The notes beneath the pieces were generated by a model. The model searched no databases and was not told the origin of the DNA. It worked only from the letters and a program-made list of their open reading frames with translations. From an uncultured Rhodospirillales bacterium (GTDB taxonomy: Bacteria > Pseudomonadota > Alphaproteobacteria > Rhodospirillales > UBA2165): DNA of 64,000 nt. Numbering within the stretch: the first letter of the stretch is position 1; each line of letters starts with the position of its first letter. Location: positions 8,868 to 72,867 of the forward strand of contig CAJQSN010000010.1 of NCBI GenBank assembly GCA_905614355.1, written 5' to 3'. Positions 48,166-57,463 of the stretch are shown here, one piece after another. Both the position numbers and the translations under genes were made by a program.

Positions 48166-49715
48166 ATGGAGCTCAGGTATTAATGTCAACCGCCAGCGCT
48201 TCTGGCATTGATGTGTGTTTTTCAAATCCCGGTACTACTGAGCTAGCAATGATAGAAGCGCTAGATAAAAATAAAACCATTCGTCCCGTTTTATCACTTT
48301 TTGAGGGCGTTTGCAGCGGTGCCGCGGATGGGTTTGGTCGCATGCTCGGTCGACCAGCTATGACACTCCTTCACCTTGGACCTGGTTTTGCCAATTCCAT
48401 AGCAAATTTACACAATGCACGCCGCGCTCACTCACCCATTTTAAATATCATTGGCGATCATGCGACGTGGCACGTTGAATACGACCCACCTTTAGCTAGC
48501 GATATTACCTCCCTGGCAAGGCCAGTATCTGATTGGTTTAACTATGCTTCCAGTCCCGACGACTGTAGAATAAAAATAAATGAGGCTTTGGAAGTTTGTA
48601 TAACAGCACCCGGAAAAATTTCGACACTCGTTATCCCCACTGACGTCCAGGAAGCAAAAGCGGGAACGCCAGGCAAAATATCCTCTAATAACTTTCAACT
48701 TAATTCGTATTTTAACGAAAACAAAGTAGAACAACTGGCCAAGCGCCTATCAGATAACGACGGTAAAGTTATAATTTTACTAGGGACAAACGCGCTCACC
48801 GAATTAGGACAGAATGCAGCACATAAAATTTCCGTAACATTGAATGCTAAAATTTATGCAGAGACCTTTCCAGCTCGTTGGGACAGAGGTGCCCATATTT
48901 CGGTGCCTGAGCGGTTCCCTTATTTCCCAGAGGTTGGTTATGACGTGTTAAAAAATGCTAAAATAATTATTCTTGTTGGAGCACGTGCACCAATAGCCTA
49001 TTTTGGGGTTACTGGAGTGCCGAGCCAGTTGTTTCCCGAAAACTCTATTTATGAACTTGCGTCAGCAGCTGAAGATGGAGAAGGCGCAATTGTATCACTA
49101 GCGGAGGCAATTGGCGCAGCTAGTGTGCAAACTTCCTCTGACTGGGACCCTCCCAGTCAACCCAATCTAAAACGACCGCTTGATGTAAAATCGTGCGGTG
49201 AGATGGTCGCTTATTTACTGCCGGAAAACTCAATTGCTGTGGTCGAAGGTGCTACCTCGACACCACCATTTTATACAGCGTCTCCTGCGGGAGCTAGCCA
49301 TACACTTATTACCAACACCGGAGGCGCTATTGGTCAGGGAATGCCGGTTGCAACCGGTGCCGCCATCGCATGTCCAGAACGCCAGGTTATCAATCTTCAG
49401 GCAGATGGGTCTGGCGCTTATACTGTACAAGCCTTATGGACGCAGGCACGTGAACAGTTAAACGTTGTCACTATTCTTTGTTCTAATCGTAAGTATGGGA
49501 TATTGCGCGTTGAATTTGAGCGAGCTGGAATTGATCCTACTGCTCGGATAACAGATCAAATGACTAGTCTTGATAATCCACCTTTAAATTGGGTAGCAAT
49601 TGCAAATGGATTTGGAGTAGCCGCATGCAAAGTCAATACTCTTGAAGAATTACAAACCAGCCTTATTCGAGCGATCGCCGAACCAGGCCCGTATCTGATC
49701 GAAGTGCCCATGTAA
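48162..49715 (+). CDS. thiamine-diphosphate-dependent enzyme (acetolactate synthase large-subunit-like family)
   Basis: GIDVCFSNPGTTELAMIEAL ... GPGFANSIANL, and C-terminal ThDP region QADGSGAYTVQALWT...SNRKY. ATGA overlap with the hydrolase gene. Confidence 0.8.
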   Translation: MNGAQVLMSTASASGIDVCFSNPGTTELAMIEALDKNKTIRPVLSLFEGVCSGAADGFGRMLGRPAMTLLHLGPGFANSIANLHNARRAHSPILNIIGDHATWHVEYDPPLASDITSLARPVSDWFNYASSPDDCRIKINEALEVCITAPGKISTLVIPTDVQEAKAGTPGKISSNNFQLNSYFNENKVEQLAKRLSDNDGKVIILLGTNALTELGQNAAHKISVTLNAKIYAETFPARWDRGAHISVPERFPYFPEVGYDVLKNAKIIILVGARAPIAYFGVTGVPSQLFPENSIYELASAAEDGEGAIVSLAEAIGAASVQTSSDWDPPSQPNLKRPLDVKSCGEMVAYLLPENSIAVVEGATSTPPFYTASPAGASHTLITNTGGAIGQGMPVATGAAIACPERQVINLQADGSGAYTVQALWTQAREQLNVVTILCSNRKYGILRVEFERAGIDPTARITDQMTSLDNPPLNWVAIANGFGVAACKVNTLEELQTSLIRAIAEPGPYLIEVPM

Positions 49716-49802
49716 AACTGCGTGTTTAGGGTTCCTTATCTATCTTCCTATCGTTTTTACTAATTTTAAAATAAACTATATCAGCCTAACATTAAGGCAT
49801 AG

Positions 49803-49838
49803 ACTTCATTTATACTAGTATGTTAGTATAAATGAAGT
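49803..49838. promoter_or_regulatory. perfect 15-bp inverted repeat, candidate operator (GntR-type) upstream of the HpaB-family gene
   Basis: ACTTCATTTATACTA (49803-49817), 6-nt spacer gtatgt, TAGTATAAATGAAGT (49824-49838). It ends 28 bp before the ATG at 49867. Confidence 0.4.
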
Positions 49839-49866
49839 TCTTATTGATTAAAGTAGTGGGAAAATA

Positions 49867-51327
49867 ATGGCTATACGTACGGGTAAAGAATACCAGCAAG
49901 GTTTAGGCAGAAAACCGCGTGACGTTTGGATCAATGGTGAACATATAACAAATGTTTTAGAGCACCCTATTTTTGCAGCTTCCATCAAGGAAATTGCAAA
50001 ATTATACGATCTACAACACGATCCAAAATATCATGATACTATGACTTTCGAAAGTCCTTCTACAGGTGATCCTGTTGCAACAGGATTTTTACCACCACGA
50101 TCTGCTGCTGATATCCAAAAGCGGTCAGATACATTTAAAATTATCGCAAATGCAACATTTGGGATGATGGGGCGCACCCAGGATTACTTGTCTACAATGC
50201 TCATGAGTTTTGCGGAATCACCACATCTTTTTGAAAAATGCGGCCCCGAATATACAAAGAGATTAACTAATTATTTCGAATATGTTCGCGAGAATGATCT
50301 ATTTCTTACACATGCATTAATTCCGCCGCAATCAGACAGAACAAAAGCTTCCTCAAAACAAGAGGAGGAATTTCTGCATATGGGGGTAGCTGAAGAAACA
50401 ACTGAAGGAGTTATTATCCGAGGAGCACGCATGTTAGCCACCCTTGCCCCTGTTGCAGATGAACTCTTGGTATATAGCTTGCCAGGACTAAAACCTGAAG
50501 ACGTAAAGCATTCAATCATGTTTTCAATTCCAGTTGATAGTCAGGGCCTTAAGATTATTTGCCGTCGTCCCTACTCTACTGGACAACATAATGTTTTTGA
50601 TCATCCTTTAGCTGCTCGATATGAAGAATCAGATGCTGTAATAGTTTTTGACAATGTATTAGTACCTTGGGAACGCGTATTTATTTACAATGATGTCGAT
50701 GCATCCAATGACCTTTATACAAAAAGCTTTGTGCGGCAGCATGCAGCTCACCAAACCGCTGTGCGGGGGGTAGCAAAAATATCCTTAGCCGTAGGTACGG
50801 CTATTCATCTAGCGCGCTCCATTAAAATAGATCAATTTTTAGGAGTACAAGAAAAACTCGGAAGATGTATTAGCGCCCTTGAAATGATAAAAGGATGCCT
50901 ACTGGCAGCCGAAACAAATATCGTTACGAATGAAAAAGGTCAGGTCTATTGTGCGCTTGAACCTCTTTTAGCTATTCGTAATTTTATGCCACGGGCGTAT
51001 CCCGAAGTTATAGATATACTCCGAGAGCTTGGAGCTGGCGGACTCACGATGAATCCCTCAAAAGATGATATTGATTCTGCAAAAATTGGGCCAGATATTC
51101 TTAAATATTATGTTGGCGCAGGGGATATGACGGCCCCTGACCGAATATCACTTTTTAATTTGGCGTGGGATCTTACGGGAGATGCATTCGGAATGCGTCA
51201 ATTACAATACGAGCGGTATTATTCAGGCGATCCGATGAGAAACCTTGCAAATACATATTTAGGATATAACGGAGACGACTGTCTAAATTTGGTTGAAGAT
51301 GCACTTAAAGGTGCCAGAGATGACTAA
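49867..51327 (+). CDS. 4-hydroxyphenylacetate 3-monooxygenase oxygenase-component family protein (HpaB family)
   Basis: 486 aa. N-terminus RTGKEYQQGLGRKPRDVWINGEHITNVLEHPIF and GMMGRTQDY resemble HpaB-type two-component flavin monooxygenases. Substrate not inferable. Confidence 0.75.
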   Translation: MAIRTGKEYQQGLGRKPRDVWINGEHITNVLEHPIFAASIKEIAKLYDLQHDPKYHDTMTFESPSTGDPVATGFLPPRSAADIQKRSDTFKIIANATFGMMGRTQDYLSTMLMSFAESPHLFEKCGPEYTKRLTNYFEYVRENDLFLTHALIPPQSDRTKASSKQEEEFLHMGVAEETTEGVIIRGARMLATLAPVADELLVYSLPGLKPEDVKHSIMFSIPVDSQGLKIICRRPYSTGQHNVFDHPLAARYEESDAVIVFDNVLVPWERVFIYNDVDASNDLYTKSFVRQHAAHQTAVRGVAKISLAVGTAIHLARSIKIDQFLGVQEKLGRCISALEMIKGCLLAAETNIVTNEKGQVYCALEPLLAIRNFMPRAYPEVIDILRELGAGGLTMNPSKDDIDSAKIGPDILKYYVGAGDMTAPDRISLFNLAWDLTGDAFGMRQLQYERYYSGDPMRNLANTYLGYNGDDCLNLVEDALKGARDD

Positions 51328-51389
51328 CGCTCCGTAAATAAACTAGAAAATTTACCTAATTAAATAGACTAATAAGAAAGTGAAGATTA

Positions 51390-52031
51390 TTGAACCGTAG
51401 TGGCATAGCTTTGGAAGCAATTCGCACTAGGATATTTTCGGGTAATTTGCGACCAGGGGATAATATATCAATTCCTAATCTGGTCAAAGAGTTGGGTATT
51501 AGTCGCCAACCCCTCAATGAGGCATTAAAACAACTAGAAGCAATGAAAATCGTCGAGATAATCCCGCAAGTTGGATCTATTGTCATTACACCAAAGAAAG
51601 ACGATGTTATAAATTTTCTTTATATTTTTTCAGCAATCGAGGCAGCAATCTTTGCGCGAGTAGCGGAGACTGCGCAGCTGCCAGAACTTAAAAAATTAGG
51701 TCAGCTCATTGCTGATGACTATAAAAAATGCACCAAAGCAGAAACAGATGACGAAAAATCTGAAATTTATCGACGTCACAATAGAAATTTTCACACGGGA
51801 GTTCATGCTGCTGCAGGATCTTCAGTCATGACAGATATTTCCTATCCACTCTGGGATAGAATGGATTTTTACATCACAGTAGCTATAGGGGCACATTCAT
51901 TCGTGCCAAGATTGCCTGATGCCTTCAACGAACATGCAGAAATCCTGTCAGCGATGCACACTAAGGACATTGGTAAAGTACGGCAGCTAACTGAACGGCA
52001 TGTGCAATCTTTTATTAAAGAAATTTCTTAA
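51390..52031 (+). CDS. GntR family transcriptional regulator (FadR/FCD type)
   Basis: TTG start. wHTH IPNLVKELGISRQPLNEALKQLEAMKIVEIIPQVGSIV plus a helical C-terminal domain. Confidence 0.8.
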   Translation: MNRSGIALEAIRTRIFSGNLRPGDNISIPNLVKELGISRQPLNEALKQLEAMKIVEIIPQVGSIVITPKKDDVINFLYIFSAIEAAIFARVAETAQLPELKKLGQLIADDYKKCTKAETDDEKSEIYRRHNRNFHTGVHAAAGSSVMTDISYPLWDRMDFYITVAIGAHSFVPRLPDAFNEHAEILSAMHTKDIGKVRQLTERHVQSFIKEIS

Positions 52032-52158
52032 CTTCCAAATAGAAAAAGTTACCGTTCATAACTTAAAAATTATTTAATCAAGATTTAACATGGTTTTAAC
52101 TAAATATGATTTGCAAATATAAGTTATCACGGTAGCTTTAATAAAAAGGGGAACTAGC

Positions 52159-52956
52159 ATGCACGTAGATCTGACAGGATGCACAGCATTAATAACCGGC
52201 GGTAGTATGGGCATTGGTCGGTCACTAGCAGAGACTATGGCGCAAGAGGGGGTAAACGTAGCAATCTGTGCTCGCAATCAAATCAAACTCGACGAAAGTG
52301 CAGCAGAAATAAACTCAAAAGGTTACAGTGGGCGCGTTATTGCTATACCTATTGATACGACTGATTGGTCATCAGTAAAATCTGGTGTTGATAAAATAAT
52401 ATCAGAATTTGGATGTTTAGATATACTGATTAATGGAGCTGCAGCACCGGGAGGCCTTGTCAGAAATGAAATTGATCTAGCTGACGACACAGCACTCTTA
52501 AAGGATTTAGATACGAAAGTTATTGGTTATTTCAGAATGGTGAAAGCCTGCATTCCATATATGAGAGAGCGTAAGTTTGGACGCATTATAAATATAGGGG
52601 GAATGACAGGCCGCGGCACCATGGCCCTAAGTGGTATGCGAAATGCCGCACTTAGTCACTTTACCAAGACACTTTCTGATATCGCGGGCCCAAATGGGAT
52701 TACTGTTAATATTATTCACCCCGGCGTGGTCGAAACCCCGCACATTCATGAACTCTATGAGATTCGGGCCAAGAAAGAAAACAGAACACCAGAAGAGATA
52801 GAACAAGAATATATTGATAGAACACCAATTAAGCGCTTGGTGAAGACAGAAGATATTAATTCTCTAATTATATTTCTAAGTTCACCCCTAGCCGGAGGTA
52901 TAACTGGAGAGTCCATAGGCTTAGATGGCGGAATTTCGCGCTATATTTCGCTCTAA
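52159..52956 (+). CDS. short-chain dehydrogenase/reductase
   Basis: TGGSMGIGRS, NGAA, and C-terminal ITGESIGLDGG. Confidence 0.85.
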   Translation: MHVDLTGCTALITGGSMGIGRSLAETMAQEGVNVAICARNQIKLDESAAEINSKGYSGRVIAIPIDTTDWSSVKSGVDKIISEFGCLDILINGAAAPGGLVRNEIDLADDTALLKDLDTKVIGYFRMVKACIPYMRERKFGRIINIGGMTGRGTMALSGMRNAALSHFTKTLSDIAGPNGITVNIIHPGVVETPHIHELYEIRAKKENRTPEEIEQEYIDRTPIKRLVKTEDINSLIIFLSSPLAGGITGESIGLDGGISRYISL

Positions 52957-52999
52957 AAATATATTTTATCCTGAGGAATAAAAAAAAGGGGACTTTAAT

Positions 53000-54001
53000 A
53001 TGACTGCTAACCAAACACTGCTGGTGGCCACATGTGGACAAGGTATTCTTAGAACTACAGATAAAGGAAAAACCTGGACCCGGCTACCAATCTTTCAGGA
53101 TATCGAATATGACGATATTGTTCGGACACTGGACATTCATCCAACAGAACCGGCCACGATCTTTGCGGGGTTCCAATATGGCGTTGCAAAATCTATAGAT
53201 GCTGGCCAGACATGGCATCGTCTATCATCATTTTTAGATAACTACGCTGTTTGGAAACTTGTAGTTGATCCACAAAATCCAGATAATATTTATGTGGGTA
53301 CAGGTGCGCCCACGCGAGCAATTGCGGCAAGATCAACTGACGGCGGGAGAACTTTCGAACGATTATCTCTTTCATTTCCGGAACATTGTGCGGGTGTCTC
53401 CAAACCTCGCCTTTTAGCGATGGCTATAGACCCAGAAGAAACAAATAATATATGGGCTGGAGTGGAGGAAGGCGGATTATATCATAGTGCAGATAGAGGA
53501 GTGAACTGGCGGCGTATTGATACGGAAATTAAGGGGCCGCAAATCATAAACAGTGATATTCACGATATTGTAGTCGTCCCGGGATCACCTAAACGTATTG
53601 TCGTATCAACCGTTATAGCAGTGCATATTTCAGAGGATAATGGTGAAACCTGGAATAGTATAATTGCAAAAGAACAATTTGGTTACCGATACTCGAGGAA
53701 CGTCGCAACAATAAAAGATGGGACAAGCACCTTACTACACGCTGTTTCAGATAGTACTCCTGGGACAATTGGCTTAGTTCATCGTTCAACAGATGGCGGT
53801 AAAAACTGGAAACCTGTCGATCTAGACGCTAAACCTAAATCCTGTCCTTGGGCGTTTGGTCTTAACCCAGAGGACCCTAAACATGTGCTTATGGGCACCA
53901 AATTCGGAGAGTTATATGAAAGTAAAGACGCTGGGCAGAGCTTTAAAAAACACTGGCGTGAATTTAGTGAAATCTGTGATTTAGCTTGGGTTCCTGTTTA
54001 A
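53000..54001 (+). CDS. Asp-box (BNR) repeat beta-propeller protein
   Basis: Seven Asp-box-like motifs: TDKGKTW, DAGQTW, TDGGRTF, DRGVNW, DNGETW, TDGGKNW, DAGQSF. No signal peptide is evident. Confidence 0.6.
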   Translation: MTANQTLLVATCGQGILRTTDKGKTWTRLPIFQDIEYDDIVRTLDIHPTEPATIFAGFQYGVAKSIDAGQTWHRLSSFLDNYAVWKLVVDPQNPDNIYVGTGAPTRAIAARSTDGGRTFERLSLSFPEHCAGVSKPRLLAMAIDPEETNNIWAGVEEGGLYHSADRGVNWRRIDTEIKGPQIINSDIHDIVVVPGSPKRIVVSTVIAVHISEDNGETWNSIIAKEQFGYRYSRNVATIKDGTSTLLHAVSDSTPGTIGLVHRSTDGGKNWKPVDLDAKPKSCPWAFGLNPEDPKHVLMGTKFGELYESKDAGQSFKKHWREFSEICDLAWVPV

Positions 54002-54083
54002 ACATTTGTTTAGTGATAATTAGTGTAATTAAAAATAAAAAGTATAGATTTTGATAAAATAACGATCTGGAAAGGATAATATT

Positions 54084-54563
54084 ATGGCTGATACAAACAT
54101 AAATACACCGCCAAATATTCGTGGCCTTGCTCATATCGCATTAGTAGTGACTAACCCTGAAAAATCAGCGGATTGGTATGAGGATGTATTGGGCTTAAAA
54201 TGCGTGGTCCGTTCTGCAACTGGGTGTTTCATGTCGTTCGAAGGAAGACATCACGATATAGCTCTAATTAAAGCGCGGGCAGAACATGTACCCTGGTCCG
54301 TTGGCCTTCATCATGTTTCCATGCAAATCGAGGGCGGCACCAAAGAAATTAAACGGCTTCATTCGCGTTTAATAAGTAAAGGGGTACAAATTGACCGGGT
54401 TGTTGATCATTCCGTTGGTTGGGGCCTCTACTTCTATGATCCGGATGGCAATCGACTTGAGTTCTTCTACGAGCGCCCTAACTTAAGTCTTGAAGATGGA
54501 CAAAAAATATTCCGCGAAGCCGAAGCCCCGTCAAAGTCCATTGATATTTCTGAATTAGAATAA
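54084..54563 (+). CDS. VOC family protein (glyoxalase/extradiol dioxygenase-like)
   Basis: LAHIALVVTNPEKSADWYEDVLGL, HHDIALI, LHHVSMQI, YFYDPDGNRLEFF. Confidence 0.7.
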   Translation: MADTNINTPPNIRGLAHIALVVTNPEKSADWYEDVLGLKCVVRSATGCFMSFEGRHHDIALIKARAEHVPWSVGLHHVSMQIEGGTKEIKRLHSRLISKGVQIDRVVDHSVGWGLYFYDPDGNRLEFFYERPNLSLEDGQKIFREAEAPSKSIDISELE

Positions 54564-54578
54564 ATATTAGAATATATT

Positions 54579-55346
54579 ATGGTTTTTGAACTAATATTTC
54601 TTTTCCTAGCTGGGTTCTGCGGCGGCACACTTAACTCTATTGCAGGAGGCGGAACCTTCATCACATTCCCTGCTCTTTTATATGTCGGCATACCGCCTAT
54701 TATCGCAAACGCTACGAATACATTTGCATCATGCTCCGGCTATATCAGCGGCACTTTTGCATTTCGCGAAGATCTGAAATCGCATAAGAGCGAATTACCT
54801 AAATTTATAATTTTAAGTTTTTTAGGTGGTATTTTGGGAGCCTGGTTATTACTCCAAACACCCGAACAAATTTTTAGCGAAACAATTCCTTGGTTAATGT
54901 TAATCGCCACGTTTGTTTTTATTTATGGTACAAAAATAAATGAGAGACTTGGGCAGTTAGCTAATAAAAATAAACATATTTCTACTGTTGGGAAGATTGC
55001 GACCCCACTTTTGCTATTGCTGGTATGTTTTTATGGGGGATTCTTCAATGCTGGGCTGGGTATTATTTGTTTAAGTTATTTGGCACTTTGCGGTTACACA
55101 AATATCAATGCCATGAACGGCTTAAAACTTTTAATTTCATCTTGTGTATCAATAGTTGCTATTGGATTGTTTGCCTTTAATGATGCCATTGCCTGGAACC
55201 AAGGCACCGCTGTTCTTCTTGGTACCGTTACCGGAGGCTATCTCGCGGCTAGAATTTCACGTTATCTTCCTCAAATCTATATTCGAAACTTTGTCATTTT
55301 AATCGGTATTTGTGTCACATTATACTTCTTTTATGACTTTTATTGA
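54579..55346 (+). CDS. TauE/SafE (TSUP) family anion exporter/permease
   Basis: Multi-TM protein with AGFCGGTLNSIAGGGTFITFPAL and the repeat half GGFFNAGLGI. Confidence 0.75.
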   Translation: MVFELIFLFLAGFCGGTLNSIAGGGTFITFPALLYVGIPPIIANATNTFASCSGYISGTFAFREDLKSHKSELPKFIILSFLGGILGAWLLLQTPEQIFSETIPWLMLIATFVFIYGTKINERLGQLANKNKHISTVGKIATPLLLLLVCFYGGFFNAGLGIICLSYLALCGYTNINAMNGLKLLISSCVSIVAIGLFAFNDAIAWNQGTAVLLGTVTGGYLAARISRYLPQIYIRNFVILIGICVTLYFFYDFY

Positions 55347-55443
55347 ACAGGAAGCTAACAAATGGCGGTTTTCTTGAGTTTTTCTTTTCAGCTGTTATAC
55401 TATGTAAAATTCAGATAAATCACTCATTAGGAAGGATCGAATA

Positions 55444-56496
55444 TTGTCGAAACCCACTCAAAATTTTTTAATTATAGCTATTGGATTTTTTTTACTACTC
55501 GTTGTAGGCAATTGGTACTCTACCAATGACGACCTAACCAGTAAAAAAAGTGTGTCTGCCAAATGTGGAAAAGTAACAATAGCAGAAATGAACTGGGCAT
55601 CAGCCCAATTGATGGCACATGTCGATAAAATCATTCTCGAGACCGGATTTGGCTGCAAAGCAGAAATTGTAGCTGGCGACACCATGCCAACGTTTACCTC
55701 TATGAACGAAAAGGGACGCCCTGATATTGCGCCTGAGCTATGGATTAACGCGGTAAAGGTTCCCCTAAAGAAAGCTAAAGGGGAAGGACGCCTTCACGCC
55801 GTTAATTCTGGTCCGATTTCTGGATTAGGTGAAGGCTGGTGGATCCCGCCCTATACAGCAAAAAAGTACCCAGAACTCAAAACCGTTGGAGATATACTAA
55901 AACGCCCCGATCTTTTTCCTTATGCAGAGGATAAAACCAAGGGCGCGTTTCTGGGATGTCCTGCTGGTTGGGGATGTCAATTAGCAAATGCAAATCTTTT
56001 CCGTGCATTTAATATGAAGAAAAAGGGTTGGGTTTTAGTTAATCCGGGCTCCGCAGCGGGGCTGGATGGCTCAATGGCAAAAGCTCTAGAGCGAAAAAAG
56101 AACTGGTTTGGTTATTATTGGTCGCCAACCGCCCTTATCGGAAAATATAATATGATCAAAGTGCCATTTGGAGTGCCATTTGCTGGCCGCGATAATTGGG
56201 ACAAGTGCATTGCAAAGCCGGAGAAAGATTGTGCAGATCCAAAAAAATCAGCTTGGACCAAATCAGAAGTTGAGACTGTAATTACCAAAAAATTTATGAG
56301 CAAAGGTGGACCCGCAGTCAAATATCTAAAAACCCGAGTATATCCTGGAGCATTAATGAATAGCATGCTGGCATATATGAAAAACAATCAAGCCGACGGT
56401 AAAACCGCAGCTTTAAAATTCCTAAAAGAAAACGAGAACGTCTGGGGGAAATGGGTGTCGCCCGCAGAAGCTAGTAAAATTAAATCAGGTATCTAG
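55444..56496 (+). CDS. glycine betaine/proline betaine-type ABC transporter substrate-binding protein
   Basis: TTG start after AGGAAGGA. N-terminal membrane anchor, then an OpuAC/ProX-like pattern (VTIAEMNWASAQL, GWWIPPY, YYWSPT). Confidence 0.7.
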   Translation: MSKPTQNFLIIAIGFFLLLVVGNWYSTNDDLTSKKSVSAKCGKVTIAEMNWASAQLMAHVDKIILETGFGCKAEIVAGDTMPTFTSMNEKGRPDIAPELWINAVKVPLKKAKGEGRLHAVNSGPISGLGEGWWIPPYTAKKYPELKTVGDILKRPDLFPYAEDKTKGAFLGCPAGWGCQLANANLFRAFNMKKKGWVLVNPGSAAGLDGSMAKALERKKNWFGYYWSPTALIGKYNMIKVPFGVPFAGRDNWDKCIAKPEKDCADPKKSAWTKSEVETVITKKFMSKGGPAVKYLKTRVYPGALMNSMLAYMKNNQADGKTAALKFLKENENVWGKWVSPAEASKIKSGI

Positions 56497-56572
56497 TTTC
56501 TATAAGCTAGATAATAACCATTTAAGGTCATTATTTTTTTAATAGATCAACGTCAGTGGGCCAAAGGTTGTA

Positions 56573-57463
56573 ATGGATAATTTATATACATTTCCATCTA
56601 TGGATCCACAGGCGTTGCGAGATCTCAAAAAAAGTATCGATTCAAGTTTTCTGGAATTCTCACGTAGTTATGGCGAAGCAATCGAGATTTTTTTCGAGCC
56701 ACTTCTGCTCACTCTAGTGTGGCTTGAAAAATTGCTGATAGAATCGCCGTGGCCAATAACGATACTCGTTCTTACTGGTTTAGCTTGGATAACGTCCAGA
56801 AGTTGGCTTGCAACTTTATTCTCCGCCACAGCTTTCTTAATTATTGGATATCTTGGAATGTGGCCCGACACAATGGCAACACTTGCTATTATTTCGGTAG
56901 CTACACTTCTGTGTATAGTATTTGGCATACCCGTAGGAATTTGGATATCACATTCTCAGCGAGCTAAATTTGTCATAACCCCAATACTTGATGTTATGCA
57001 AACAATACCGAGTTTCGTATACCTTATTCCCGTCGTTATGCTGCTTGGTATTGGAAAAGTTCCAGGTCTTATCGCTGTAGGTATTTACGCAACTCCTCCT
57101 ATTATTCGACTGACAAATTTAGGCATCGAATCGGTAAGTAATGACGTTTTAGAGGCTGCAGATGCTATGGGTGCAAGTCGTCTGCAAAAACTATTAGATG
57201 TTCAACTACCCCTGGCTTTACCAAGTATTTTTGCCGGTGTTAACCAAACTATAATGATGTCTTTATCAATGGTGGTAATAGCTTCAATGATTGGCGTCAA
57301 AGGTCTCGGCCTGCCTGTTCTTCGAGCTATTTCAAATCAATATTTAGCATTAGGTCTTATGAATGGCCTCGCTATAGTAGCTCTAGCGATAATCTTTGAC
57401 CGTATCGCTCAATTATACGGTAAACGACTACAAAGTTATAAAGAAACAATACAAAATGAGTAA
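56573..57463 (+). CDS. glycine betaine-type ABC transporter permease (ProW/OpuAB type)
   Basis: Multi-TM protein with MQTIPSFVYLIPVVMLLGIGKVPGLIA and the EAA-like loop LEAADAMGASRLQKL. Confidence 0.85.
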   Translation: MDNLYTFPSMDPQALRDLKKSIDSSFLEFSRSYGEAIEIFFEPLLLTLVWLEKLLIESPWPITILVLTGLAWITSRSWLATLFSATAFLIIGYLGMWPDTMATLAIISVATLLCIVFGIPVGIWISHSQRAKFVITPILDVMQTIPSFVYLIPVVMLLGIGKVPGLIAVGIYATPPIIRLTNLGIESVSNDVLEAADAMGASRLQKLLDVQLPLALPSIFAGVNQTIMMSLSMVVIASMIGVKGLGLPVLRAISNQYLALGLMNGLAIVALAIIFDRIAQLYGKRLQSYKETIQNE

